Source: an uncultured candidate division Zixibacteria bacterium
Lineage (GTDB): Bacteria; Zixibacteria; MSB-5A5; GN15; FEB-12
Length of the DNA stretch: 64,000 nucleotides
Direction of reading: 5' to 3'
Assembly: GCA_963735035.1 (NCBI GenBank)
Contig: CAVTJJ010000004.1
Location: forward strand, 1,216,001 to 1,280,000
Below are positions 49,480 through 60,200 of the stretch, in pieces. Numbering within the stretch: the first letter of the stretch is position 1; every line of letters starts with the position of its first letter. Position numbers and translations under genes: made by a program. The notes beneath the pieces were generated by a model that worked only from the letters and a program-made list of their open reading frames with translations, did not search any database and was not told the DNA's origin.

Positions 49480-50301
49480 TCAGAAGTGATCAATGTACAT
49501 CATGCGGACCTCACGGGTCACCGTCTTGGCTTCTCTCCGATTGACCAGTAGATCCTTAATGAGTACTTCCAGCTCAAGATTCTGGGCGAAGAGCCACTTG
49601 ATCGACGTATTCAAATAGCCGCGTCCCTTGCCTGAGATGTCGGGGCGCTCGCCACGATCATCATTGAGACCGGCGTCGTATTCGAGCAGTAACGCCATGT
49701 TGTAGTTGAAGGTGGCGTCGAAACCGGCGAACAAGTCGAAATCGTGATCGCCGTCGCCTTCATCTTCGCGCGAATAGTTGATTCCGCCGTGCCACCCCGA
49801 AGTCCACTTGTAGAAGTAGAAGTTGTGGCTGGCCACAGCATAGAACCCGCGCGACTTGAACGTATAGCGGTTGTACTTGGCATTAAAGACTCCGTAACCC
49901 TGATCGGTGTAGCCGATAGAGATCGCGGGGAAGTATTCCAGTTCGTCAATAATGCGGAACTTGAGACTGAACCCCATGTGCGGATTCCAATTTGGTTCGC
50001 GATCGGAAACTATCTGCGTGCCGCCGAACGAGATGCCCAACTGGAAGCGACTGGACAGCCCGATGTCGGTATTGCCCATCGCGCCGCCGTCGGAGTAAAG
50101 CCGAAGACCGATCTGATAGTTTCCGCGCGGCAGGGTACCGGCAGTGGGGAGATCGACCAGTTGGCGGGGCGCTATATCGTAAAGCGTGTGGCTAGTCGCT
50201 TCCATGTCAGTCCCGGCGTCGGTGCCGGTCTGAGCGTATCCCCGTCCACCCGTTGATATTAGAACCGCGACACAAGTTGCCAGAAATGTTGACTTGACCA
50301 T
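49480..50301 (-). CDS. YjbH-like exported/outer-membrane beta-barrel protein
   Basis: Signal peptide, LVDLPTAGTLPRG, PAISIG, alternating beta strands, terminal Phe. Confidence 0.6.
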   Translation of the reverse strand: MVKSTFLATCVAVLISTGGRGYAQTGTDAGTDMEATSHTLYDIAPRQLVDLPTAGTLPRGNYQIGLRLYSDGGAMGNTDIGLSSRFQLGISFGGTQIVSDREPNWNPHMGFSLKFRIIDELEYFPAISIGYTDQGYGVFNAKYNRYTFKSRGFYAVASHNFYFYKWTSGWHGGINYSREDEGDGDHDFDLFAGFDATFNYNMALLLEYDAGLNDDRGERPDISGKGRGYLNTSIKWLFAQNLELEVLIKDLLVNRREAKTVTREVRMMYIDHF

Positions 50302-50408
50302 GCTTATACCTTCTACTTCACGATTACACACGCCTATTCCACAGCATCGATCAAACCCTCCGAGGAAATACAAGTCAACTTAAAATCGGGCGCGAGGGTT
50401 TCGGCGTC

Positions 50409-51284
50409 TCACGTTTCGGCCGCTCCTGCCAGATCTATTTTCGTTGTCTTTGAGAGCCATGAGGCTAACACGCGAGTCGTATCACCTTCGGCAAAATTGT
50501 AGCGACGGCGCCCCACCGCAATTTGCGACACACCGAGGATTAACTTTAACGAGCTTGATATCATGACTTCGTCGGCCTTAAGCATCTTCTCGAGCGATTC
50601 GCTCATCTCGATTATCTTGATGCCCAATTTCGCTGCCCCCTTCAGCACGATTGCGCGAGTTACCCCTTCGAGACAACCGGCGTCGAGCGGCGGCGTGTAA
50701 ACTTTGCGGCCGTGACGCCAGAAGATATTGGCTGTGGTTACTTCGGCGATTTCATCATCTTGGTTGAGCATGAGGGCATCGTCGTATCCGGCGTCTTTCG
50801 CCTGCTTGAGCGAAGCAGCATGAATGGCATACGAAAGAGTCTTGATCCTTCGAAATTCCGAGTTCTGGTCGACCCGGAAGTCCGACACTCGAAGACGAAA
50901 CGGTGTGGTCGGCATTTCGTGCGGTGCAGCCGACAAGATCACCTGCGGTTTGCCTTGTACTCCAACCCATTTGGAGGCCTCGCCGGAAGTCATCGTCAGA
51001 CGAAGTTTTTTGATTCGGGCGGGATGAGCCCGCAGGGTCAGTTTCATCCAGCGCGCCAGAGTATCCCGGCTGACGGGCGGTTTCAATCCGATGACGCGGG
51101 CGCCCTTGTAGAGTCGGTTGAGATGTTCCTCGAGGAACAGCACTCGGTCTTCGCAGGCGAGAAAAGTCTCGAACAAACCTTCTGCGTACAGAAGGGAGTT
51201 GTCGAATACTGATATTTTGGCCGATTGTCGCGGGACGATGCGACCGTTGATTGAAGTAACCGTCTTGATTGTCTGTGATGTCAT
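50409..51284 (-). CDS. pabC: Class IV PLP enzyme, probable aminodeoxychorismate lyase
   Basis: EGLFET, HLNRL, IKTLSY, EVTTANIF, LEGVTR. ATGA overlap with pabB. Confidence 0.75.
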   Translation of the reverse strand: MTSQTIKTVTSINGRIVPRQSAKISVFDNSLLYAEGLFETFLACEDRVLFLEEHLNRLYKGARVIGLKPPVSRDTLARWMKLTLRAHPARIKKLRLTMTSGEASKWVGVQGKPQVILSAAPHEMPTTPFRLRVSDFRVDQNSEFRRIKTLSYAIHAASLKQAKDAGYDDALMLNQDDEIAEVTTANIFWRHGRKVYTPPLDAGCLEGVTRAIVLKGAAKLGIKIIEMSESLEKMLKADEVMISSSLKLILGVSQIAVGRRRYNFAEGDTTRVLASWLSKTTKIDLAGAAET

Positions 51285-52615
51285 GAGTTGATTCCAAGCG
51301 AGCGAAACAGGTTGTGAGCCTTCAGGAGCATTTCTTCGTACTCGGCCGACGGGTCACTGTCCGCAACGATTCCGCCGCCGGCATGGATCAGGTAGCGGCC
51401 ATCCTGGTGCGTCATTGTCCGAATTGCTATGTTGAAATCAGCCGTGCCGCTTCCCACATAGCCTATGTACCCTGTGTAAACCGAACGGGGGACCGTCTCG
51501 AAATCCTGCAACAGTTGTACCGCACGCTTCTTGGGAACACCTGTGACCGAACCACCTGGAAGTAACGCGTTGACGACATCGGCCAGAGTACACTCGGGTA
51601 CCGTCCGCGCGGAAATGTCCGCCACCAGATGGATCAACGAGGAGTGGATTTCCGGTCGGCAAAGACTATCCACCTGTACGCTGCCAATCTCAGCAATCTT
51701 GCCGAGATCATTTCGAACGAGATCTACTATCATCAACAATTCGGCGCGATCTTTGGCGGAGTGCATGAGTATGTCAAGATTGCGGGCGGTCTCGTCGCGG
51801 TTGCGTCCAAGGGCGATTGTCCCCTTTATGGGTGAACTGATGATTCGTCCATCATGCCAACGGAACATTCTCTCCGGCGACGACGATAGCACCTGATATT
51901 CACCGAAATTCAAATACGCTCCGTACCACGAAGGGTTCAAGCTCCGCAGTCTCAGGTAGGTCGCGAACGGATCGAGAGGGGAGTGGCATTCGAAACGAGT
52001 GGTGAAATTCGCCTGGTAAATATCGCCTTCATGAATATGATGTTTGATCCGTGCCACTTTCGCCAGGTAGTCAGATCGTGATATTGCCGGATGCAACGTC
52101 GCAGAAATTTCGGGCGATACGGCTTTGTGTCTGCCAGATTCGGAGTCAGGGTGTGACCATGAAGAGACCAGTTCGGGATCTGAATAGCGGTCGAGTACGT
52201 GATCGTACTCAAGAACTTTGTCATAGATACAGAAATGAAGATCGGGCAAAGTTGCCGATCTCAAAGGCGTCACGCCCAGGTTGCGCAACGTGGCCTCATA
52301 GCTGATAAACCCTATCGCCCAGAGACGAGGGGAGAGCCTGATTGAATCGAGCTCGTGCAAAACTCCATCTAAATCTGATGATCGTTCTTCGCTTGCGTAA
52401 GTAATCTTCCCTCGCCCCAGATGTAATACTATTTCGCCGACCGGATTCCCCGCCATAAGCGAAATCTGACCGACATCTCCGCGCGAGAGGGAAGAATCAA
52501 GCCAGACCGATCCTTGCTGTGTCGAGATTGGGGCGAAACAATCCACGGGAAGGAGGGTCAGCCCGCGCGATGTCAGCAAAGGTGTGGTCATGTTGTCGGG
52601 GAAACTAAGACGCAT
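51281..52615 (-). CDS. pabB: Aminodeoxychorismate synthase component I (chorismate-binding)
   Basis: GDIYQAN, SSSPE, PIKGT, AELLMIVDLVRNDL, PGGSVTG, NIAIRT, AGGGIVADS. Confidence 0.85.
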   Translation of the reverse strand: MRLSFPDNMTTPLLTSRGLTLLPVDCFAPISTQQGSVWLDSSLSRGDVGQISLMAGNPVGEIVLHLGRGKITYASEERSSDLDGVLHELDSIRLSPRLWAIGFISYEATLRNLGVTPLRSATLPDLHFCIYDKVLEYDHVLDRYSDPELVSSWSHPDSESGRHKAVSPEISATLHPAISRSDYLAKVARIKHHIHEGDIYQANFTTRFECHSPLDPFATYLRLRSLNPSWYGAYLNFGEYQVLSSSPERMFRWHDGRIISSPIKGTIALGRNRDETARNLDILMHSAKDRAELLMIVDLVRNDLGKIAEIGSVQVDSLCRPEIHSSLIHLVADISARTVPECTLADVVNALLPGGSVTGVPKKRAVQLLQDFETVPRSVYTGYIGYVGSGTADFNIAIRTMTHQDGRYLIHAGGGIVADSDPSAEYEEMLLKAHNLFRSLGINS

Positions 52616-52684
52616 GGGGCCAAAGTCAAGTCTGCATTCGCGGCTAAGATTGACAAACCGTGTCCGGTATGATTTCTTGCCCCG

Positions 52685-53902
52685 ATGGACGCCGTCAAGC
52701 TCGGTTTCATACTGCTTGCTATCATCTTCGCTCTCAAGCGCAAGATGCCGGTCGGCTTAACACTGCTGGCTATGGGGCCTCTGACCGCGCTCATATATCA
52801 AGTGCCGCTGGGGCCGTTGCTGGAGAGTTATTGGGAAGTAACACGGTCGCAGCAGTTCTATTCTCTGACGGCATTAGTCGTTCTAATTACGATCATGGGG
52901 AACCTGCTCAAGACCCTGGGCTTCCTGGATCGCCTGGCCAATGCCTGTCAGGGTTTGTACGGCGGCGCTCGCACGGCCGTCGCGGTGCTCCCGCCGCTGG
53001 TCGGGTTGATGCCCATGCCGGGCGGTTCGCTCCTGTCAGCGCCGCTGGTGAATTCAGTCCTGAGAGGACCCCAGTACACTCCACAATTCAAGTGTGCGGC
53101 GAACTACTGGTTTCGCCACATGGTCGAGATGACCTGGCCGCTCTACGCCGGTATCGTGCTGACATCGGCCATGACCGGAATGTCGATTGCCAGCGTCTCA
53201 CTCCTACAGGCACCGTTCACTCTTACCATGCTCGCGCTCGGACTGATCTTCTTTACGAGACGGATCGCCAGTGAGCCATCAGGAGAACCTTCACTCTGGC
53301 GCCCTCTTCGGGGAATTGCTCTGTCGATCTGGCCGGTGATGGTGGCGGTGCTTCTCTATGGTATACTGAAAGTCGAAATGTCGCTGTCAGCTCTCATCGC
53401 CCTGGCCTTGCTAGTCATAGTGGGAAAGCCATCAAAGCCGGTGCTCTGGAAAGCGATCAAGACCGGACTTGAGCTCGACCTGCTCGCCCTGATTTACGGC
53501 GTCCTGACATTTCAAAAGGCCCTGGACCTCTCCGGTGGGATTCAATCGATCTCCAGCCTGGCGACCGCCTATCATCTGCCCGAGGAGCTTCTGATCTTTG
53601 CGGTCTGTTTCACGATCGGCCTGTTGACCGGGATGGTCTCGGCGTACATAGGGTTAGGGTATTCGCTTCTTTCCGGCCTGCTCTACCAACCGCAGGTCAA
53701 TCCCGGTTACATTATGATAGCCAGTCTTTCGGGGTTCATCGGGATGCTGGTTTCGCCGGCCCATTTGTGTCTGATTCTGACAAATGACTACTTCGGCAGC
53801 GACCTGCTCAAAGTAATCCGAACGCTCTTATTCCCACTGTTGTTATTGGCTATAATGGGTTTAATGTTGTATCTTGTAGGGTATGGCACGCTGTTTTTGT
53901 AA
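52685..53902 (+). CDS. DUF401-family membrane transporter-like protein
   Basis: GLMPMPGG..LSAP, NYWFRH, SPAHLCL motifs, many TM helices. Confidence 0.75.
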   Translation: MDAVKLGFILLAIIFALKRKMPVGLTLLAMGPLTALIYQVPLGPLLESYWEVTRSQQFYSLTALVVLITIMGNLLKTLGFLDRLANACQGLYGGARTAVAVLPPLVGLMPMPGGSLLSAPLVNSVLRGPQYTPQFKCAANYWFRHMVEMTWPLYAGIVLTSAMTGMSIASVSLLQAPFTLTMLALGLIFFTRRIASEPSGEPSLWRPLRGIALSIWPVMVAVLLYGILKVEMSLSALIALALLVIVGKPSKPVLWKAIKTGLELDLLALIYGVLTFQKALDLSGGIQSISSLATAYHLPEELLIFAVCFTIGLLTGMVSAYIGLGYSLLSGLLYQPQVNPGYIMIASLSGFIGMLVSPAHLCLILTNDYFGSDLLKVIRTLLFPLLLLAIMGLMLYLVGYGTLFL

Positions 53903-54027
53903 TGTATTGCGGGACAGCGCGTTGACGAATTTTGTTGAAGTATTGCGCAGAGTGAAACAAACCGTTTCAGTCAATTGAAGCGGTTGAAGGGCATTGGGTT
54001 ACCGAATTCTATTCCGGTAGATTTAGT

Positions 54028-54055
54028 GGAACTTTCCTGATCTCAGGCGGTAACA
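54028..54055 (+). promoter_or_regulatory. Putative autoregulatory ECF-sigma promoter
   Basis: GGAACTTT-N14-GTAACA ending 25 nt before the sigma ATG. GGAAC(T) is the typical ECF -35 element. Confidence 0.6.
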
Positions 54056-54080
54056 TAGTTAAACCTCAAAGAGGTGTTGC

Positions 54081-54686
54081 ATGGACAAGCCGACCGAAAA
54101 AGACATCGACTTTACTTTGATGCGAGCCATCCAAAAGGGCGACATGGTTTCGTTTAACGCCATGGTTGACCGGTACAAGGACCGGCTGATGAATGTCATT
54201 GGCCGTATGCTCTCATCTCAGGAAGAAGCCGAAGATATCGTTCAGGAAACGTTCGTTAGGGTTTACCAGCACCGTCAATCGTTCAACTTCCAGCACTGCT
54301 TCAGCACCTGGATTTATACGATTGGCCTGAACCTGGCCCGCAATGAACTTCGCAAGCGTCGCCGATTCAAGTTTTTCGAGATATCGGAGTTGCAGGGCAA
54401 CGAGAAAGAACTTGCAGTCGAAGCCAAGGTGCCTAGCCGGTTACCCGAGATGTTGAATGAAGTAGTGGACACACTTCCGAGTAAGTATCGCGAAGCGTTT
54501 CTGCTGCGGGACATCGAGGAAATGCCGTATGAAGAGGTCGCCAAAGTGCTGGATGTACCTCTTGGCACAGTGAAGTCACGGGTTAATCGCGCTCGCTTGA
54601 TGCTGCGCGAAAAGCTGCAACCCAGGATGGAGGAACAGAATGCGTTGTCGAAAAGTACGCTCCTTGCTGTCAGCGGCTTGTTCTGA
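54081..54686 (+). CDS. ECF RNA polymerase sigma factor (RpoE/SigW-like)
   Basis: AEDIVQETF, FSTWIY, YEEVAKVLDVPLGTVKSRVNRAR. Confidence 0.93.
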   Translation: MDKPTEKDIDFTLMRAIQKGDMVSFNAMVDRYKDRLMNVIGRMLSSQEEAEDIVQETFVRVYQHRQSFNFQHCFSTWIYTIGLNLARNELRKRRRFKFFEISELQGNEKELAVEAKVPSRLPEMLNEVVDTLPSKYREAFLLRDIEEMPYEEVAKVLDVPLGTVKSRVNRARLMLREKLQPRMEEQNALSKSTLLAVSGLF

Positions 54687-55329
54687 CGAGTTGGATATTC
54701 GTCGTCAGGCTGCAGTGAGGGATCACCTGTCGTCATGCTCGGCGTGTCGCAAGGAAGCGTCCTTTTATACGACTGTCCGTCAGGCCGTCGGTCAGGTACC
54801 GCAGAAGTCGGTCAGTCAGGATTTCAATGCCCGGCTGCTTGATCGGGTGGCTCGGGAGCGGTTCCTGCAGACCCGTACGCGGGCTTATCTGGCGCATGGA
54901 GCGCCACGTCTGTCGTGGGGTATACTTGTCCCGGTGGTGGTGACAGTGGCTCTCGCCGTGGTGGCGGTGAGCAACTACGACCGCTTCAATTTGACAGTTC
55001 CGGGATCGACCCCGATGGCTCAGAATCCGGGCTCGATCGATGATTCATATCTTACCGCCCAACCGACCGCCAATCACAAAGCGGCTCTCGGCATGGGCAA
55101 CGATTGGTCATTGGGTCAGCAGTTGGCCCGCTCTGAACGGCTTGAGACGGTATCGCGTGAGATGACCAATAATTCCGGTTTCGGCAATATGCACCTCGCG
55201 GGTATGACTACCCCGGCAGGTGTGCCGTACCCGACCACGTCGCAGTATTACATGATGCAGCGACCGGTGTACCGAGTTTACCGCATTACGGGCGGTACGA
55301 ACGGCAGGGAGGATGTACAGGCATACTAA
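54640..55329 (+). CDS. Zinc-finger (zf-HC2) membrane anti-sigma factor
   Basis: MRC...HLSSCSAC (HxxxCxxC), single TM, overlaps the sigma gene. Confidence 0.85.
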   Translation: MRCRKVRSLLSAACSDELDIRRQAAVRDHLSSCSACRKEASFYTTVRQAVGQVPQKSVSQDFNARLLDRVARERFLQTRTRAYLAHGAPRLSWGILVPVVVTVALAVVAVSNYDRFNLTVPGSTPMAQNPGSIDDSYLTAQPTANHKAALGMGNDWSLGQQLARSERLETVSREMTNNSGFGNMHLAGMTTPAGVPYPTTSQYYMMQRPVYRVYRITGGTNGREDVQAY

Positions 55330-55330
55330 A

Positions 55331-56512
55331 ATGGTAAGGCGAAAGCTTCCGACCGCCGCGAGGTTCTGCACGGTTCTCTTGTCGGCGGTCTTTTTTTCTT
55401 TAAGCAGCTTATCAGCCCAGGAGTCGCTCGACAATCTCGAGTCCGGCCTCACCGACCTGGTATATCGTCTATCCCGGTCGGTCGTAACGGTCGAGGCCTC
55501 TCGTCAGGTTCCGACCAGCCGCTTTGGCTCGGCTGTTGATCAGACCTATCGTCGGGAGACAACGACCGGTATCGTCGTGGACTCCAACGGCCTGGTGTTG
55601 GTGGCAGTGCGCCCGATTCTCGGTTATGAACATCTCATGGTGCGCTATGAGAATCGCACCGTTCCGGCCGAGATGGTAGCGGTCGACTATCAGACCGAAC
55701 TGGCCCTGCTTCGGACCCGCGAGCACGGCGGTGTTGCCCCAGATTTCGACCAGCAACATGCCTGTGCGGGGCAGGCAGTGCTCGCCCTCGGACATGTATC
55801 TGGGTTTCGATCTTCGCCCGCGCTAGGTTTTTGCGCCGGACTGCGCGACGACGGCGTTCTGCAATTTTCCATACCGAGTATGGGCACCCGGCTGGGGGCG
55901 GGAATTTTTGACCTCGGCGGCCATCTTCTAGGGGTTGTCTCCGAAGCCACGCTGAATGATCCGTCAATAGTATTTGCGGTTCCGGCCTACCAACTGACCG
56001 GGATCGTCAGTCAACTTCTAAAGCACGGCGACCGGCAGTCCGGCTTTGCCGGCATTACTTCGCAGGAAATCGAGATCAGCCCCGGACTTGTCTTACCGCC
56101 TGGAGGAACCAGGACGGTGTCATCCGGCTCGCAGTCGGATGTTATCGACCGTGGCGTGGTAGTGACTTCGGTTGTTATGAGTTCGCCGGCTTCACGGGCC
56201 GGGTTGATGATCGGCGATCTGGTCTATGCCGTGGATCGGATGCCGGTCAATTCGGCTTCGGGGTTGGCCAGCCTGGTAAAACACAGCCTTCCCGGCACCC
56301 GTCTGCAATTCGATTTCATACGCCAGGGGCAGATTTTGTCCGTCCCCCTGGTAGTGGGACGCAAGAGCATCCAGCTCGAATCGACCATGGGCGCCGACCA
56401 ATCAGGATATGGACAAGCTCAATTGGTTGATTCTCTTCGCCAGGCTCTGGACCAGATGCGCCAGCAGATCAACCGCCTGGAAAATCGCCTCAATTCCCTC
56501 GGCCAAGATTAG
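55331..56512 (+). CDS. HtrA/DegP-like S1C-fold plus PDZ protein lacking the catalytic triad
   Basis: Signal peptide, RSVVTV, GIVVDSNGLVL, ELALL, PDZ (SPASRAGLMIGD), coiled-coil tail. Alternative start 55313. Confidence 0.78.
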   Translation: MVRRKLPTAARFCTVLLSAVFFSLSSLSAQESLDNLESGLTDLVYRLSRSVVTVEASRQVPTSRFGSAVDQTYRRETTTGIVVDSNGLVLVAVRPILGYEHLMVRYENRTVPAEMVAVDYQTELALLRTREHGGVAPDFDQQHACAGQAVLALGHVSGFRSSPALGFCAGLRDDGVLQFSIPSMGTRLGAGIFDLGGHLLGVVSEATLNDPSIVFAVPAYQLTGIVSQLLKHGDRQSGFAGITSQEIEISPGLVLPPGGTRTVSSGSQSDVIDRGVVVTSVVMSSPASRAGLMIGDLVYAVDRMPVNSASGLASLVKHSLPGTRLQFDFIRQGQILSVPLVVGRKSIQLESTMGADQSGYGQAQLVDSLRQALDQMRQQINRLENRLNSLGQD

Positions 56513-56514
56513 AA

Positions 56515-57219
56515 TTGCCAAGAGACGCCGGATCGCTCTACATTAAGACCATGTGCCGGAGCCGGATCGAGGACAATTTCATTACCCGACTGCAGGGGTT
56601 TCAGCCCGAAAGACACGGGACCACGCGGGCGCTGAGCCTGTACTCGGCCGCGATCGCCCTGGCCGACACCGGATGTCTCAAGGCCGCCGAGAATACCTGT
56701 CGCCATTCCGGCGTTACCCATCAACAGCTCTACGAGACCATGCTGCAGTCTTATCTGTTTCTGGGATTCCCGCGCATGCTGACCGCGGCCGAAGCGTTGA
56801 CTGGAAACAGTCATTCGCACGAAGCCGTAGATGCTCTTAAAGGTGAACTCCGGAGTGAGCCCGAGAAGTGGCGGGAACGGGGACGCGAGCTATGCCGTCG
56901 TGTCTATCAAGGAAACTATGAGGCTCTGAAAACCAGGGTCGAGACGATGGCGCCAGAGGTGTTCTTCTGGATGGAGCTCGAAGGGTACGGCAAGGTGCTC
57001 TCACGCCCGGGACTTGATATAATTGACCGCGAGATGGCTATCGTCGGCTGTCTACTCATGGAGAACCGCCCGACCCAGCTTCATTCTCACCTGCGCGGCG
57101 CTTTGAACGTCGGCGCTTCACGCGAACTGGTGCAGGACGTCTTGTCCGATATCGCGCCGATTGCCCCCGAAAAATACGCCGGGGCGCGGATCGTACTCGA
57201 AAGGCTGGGGTTGAACTAA
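56515..57219 (+). CDS. Carboxymuconolactone decarboxylase (CMD/AhpD-fold) family protein
   Basis: YLFLGFPR, RPGLDIIDRE, HLRGALNVGAS. No CxxC. Start uncertain. Confidence 0.8.
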   Translation: MPRDAGSLYIKTMCRSRIEDNFITRLQGFQPERHGTTRALSLYSAAIALADTGCLKAAENTCRHSGVTHQQLYETMLQSYLFLGFPRMLTAAEALTGNSHSHEAVDALKGELRSEPEKWRERGRELCRRVYQGNYEALKTRVETMAPEVFFWMELEGYGKVLSRPGLDIIDREMAIVGCLLMENRPTQLHSHLRGALNVGASRELVQDVLSDIAPIAPEKYAGARIVLERLGLN

Positions 57220-60200
57220 TGCGCCGCTGGCTCAAATGGTTCCTGGGACTGGTCGGCGCCTTCTTCCTGGTAATGATCGGTGTCTACGTTTACATCTTCT
57301 ATCTGGGGGGACTGGAAAACTACGTTGTGAAGGAAGTTAACCGGACATTGGCCGGGCCGGAGAACCTGCGAGTATCACTCGATCGCATCAAGGGAGACCT
57401 CTACAGCGGTGTTCAGATCGAAGGACTTTCAATCGATTATATAGATTCGACTCGCCGATTCAATCTGGTCCGCGTGGCACGTGTAACAGCCCACTACGAC
57501 TTCTCCGACCTCTGGCAGGGAGCTCTTCGCTTCAGTTCGATCGACTTGCACGGGCTGGAATTGACGGTCGCCCAGGGGACAGATGGCCGATGGATCGTTC
57601 CAATCGCGGGAACGCCTCAACCAACGGAAAGCGGCGAGACCAAATCAATTGCGATCAACCGCGTGGCGATTGACAGTTCCAGGATTACCATATTGCGAAC
57701 CAACGATACTCTGTCGTTTGAGAATCTCAATCTGGTGGCAGGGGTGGAGCGCGAAGGGCCGTCGCTGTCACTCGCGATTCAGCGCCTCAGCTTCTCTTCA
57801 CCCGATTCCGCATTGACTCTCGACAACCTGACGGGTCGCGCCACTTTGACCGGTTCCATCCTCTTGTTTCAGGACCTGCAGGTTAAGAAGGGTGACAGCC
57901 GTCTAAAGGCCAGCGGAACATTTGATATCAAGGCGATGGCCGGGGAAGTGGATGTTTCGGCAGACGGTATCAGGCTGGATGAAATCAGCAACCGGTTCGG
58001 TGGCAAGTTGCGCGGTGTGATCGACGCCGACGGCAAGATTTCGTTTGCGGGCTCGAAGCTCCGCGGGCGAGTTAATGTGGGTGGAAGCTTCCTGTTTGCC
58101 GATCTCGGCAACCTCGTGATTGATTTCCGCTTTGCCGATAAAGTCCTCGATCTCGACACGGTTTATGGCACCGTGTTCGGCAATTGTGGTATCGACGGGT
58201 CCGGGGAAGTTGATTTCCGGCCAATGCCGGAGCAGTATCGACTGACGGCTGATGTGCGAAATCTGGACCTGACTCAGATCGAGCCGGGGACGTTTCGGTC
58301 GGACCTTACTGGACACATCGATCTTCGCGGCGAGTCGTTTTCGAACGCCACGCTGGTTCTCGAACTCGACGTGAATCTGTTCGAATCATCGTTCGACGAA
58401 TACCCGATTCAGCGCGCCCAGGGGCCGCTCAGGATCACCACCGACTCGCTTACTTTCCCCACGACTTTCTCCGTGGACTATTTCGAGAATCGATTCGACG
58501 TGGTTGGTGTCATCAACTACAAGCGGAACATGAATCTGGTGGTCGATGCCGAGCTGAACAATCTCGATCGATATCGCGACCGCTTGTTTATCAATCAGCC
58601 CGGCGGGCGCGGCCGGGCACACGCGACCTTGTCGGGCAAGACATCGGACCCCGATCTCTCCGGACGCTTCTGGTCCGACTCGCTCTGGATTTACGGACTC
58701 TATACCGACAGCGCCTATTCGGAATTCGACATAGCGCGATTTCTCACAGGTCGAAAGGGCAAGGTCACCGTTGATCTTGGCGCCGGCGCCGCCTGGCAGG
58801 TGCCGTTTGACAGCAGTTTTGCCAGACTAACCATTGATTCCACGAAGCTGTTTATTGACACGGTTGCCATGGCAAATTCTTATGCCAAGGTTTCTTCGCG
58901 AGGGCTGCTGGATCAGGGCGCTTATCCGTGGAAGCTGACTCTGGATACTCTCGACCTCGGATTGCTGGATCGCTTGTATCACAACCGGGCTCAGATGAAG
59001 ATCGAAGTCGACAGCCTGGGATTTAATTTCGTGGATGCGACTCTGGTCGAAGGGGAAACGTCCATCAGCGCCGAACGCCGGCTGAACTTCGACGAAACCA
59101 TGGATATGAATGTCCGGGCTTCGGGAATCGAGGTCCAGCCATGGTTGAAATTAATCAGTCGCGATTACGGCGTACACGGCATCTTCTCCGGCGAGGCCAC
59201 GCTGGGAAGTAGTTTCGTCAGTCCGGTAATCGACCTGAATGGCAGCCTGGATTCCATTCAATATTGCGACGAAGAGTTGGGTAAGATAACGGCCCTGATG
59301 CGCTATCGAGACAGCCTGGTTACCATCGACAGCCTGGTGCTTCAGTCAGAACATGGGCGGTATCGTGCTGATGGGAAGTTCTATGCTGATCTCTCTTTTG
59401 CCCTGGGTGTGGAGAAGCGTCTACTGGACCGGCCCTTCGATCTCAGGATCACGGGAGAAGAAGTCGATTCAGCGTTCAAGCTCATTCCCTGTCTGCTGCC
59501 GTCGGTCGAGCAGGCCGGAGGCGAATTCCATGTCGATTTCAATCTGGAAGGCACTCCGAGCAGCCCACACCTGAACGGTCAGGCATATCTCAAGAACGGG
59601 TGGCTCAAGTATCTCGATCTGGCGGATATTCTCAAAACCGATTCCGTATCGGTGGCAATGCAGGACAACAAAATACTATTTAACAATATCGATATTTACG
59701 TAAAGGATGAAAAGACGAAGAAGCGGGCCGACGCATTCTTATCCGGCGATCTTACTGTCAAAGCCATCGATAGCTTCTTCTATAACGTTCAAGTTGCCAT
59801 CCCGCAAGACTTCCCGGTCATCTATGAACTCGATGACATTGGCGGGGTGGTGAAGGGTACGCTATATGTGAAGGGCATGACCCCTCCAGTCGTCTCAGGT
59901 GATTTGACAGTGCCGGAAGGTCGCTATCTCACCGAGTTCGCGGATGAACAATCCGGATCACCGCTCATGTTGGCGCTCTCTGGTGAAAACACGTGGGACC
60001 TGGATATCAATTTCGAGATTCCTTCCAATTATTGGATAAAGAACCAGGACATCGATGCGGAATTTGGCGGTTATTTGAACATCGTTCGCGAGAACGGCAA
60101 GTACCGCTTTGTCGGGAACCTGGACATACTCCGCGGGCGGGGCTTCCTGTTTGATAAGACTTTCCGCATCAGCACCGATTCAGCCAGCGTAATTTTCGAA

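Noticed and set aside
50409..52615. Missing pabA beside pabB-pabC, and missing scpAB, nadB and nadC
   Set aside because: These partners are commonly encoded elsewhere, so absence from a 64-kb window is uninformative.
52650..52673. TTGACA...TATGAT promoter for the DUF401 gene
   Set aside because: The spacer is only 12 nt, incompatible with one sigma70 promoter.
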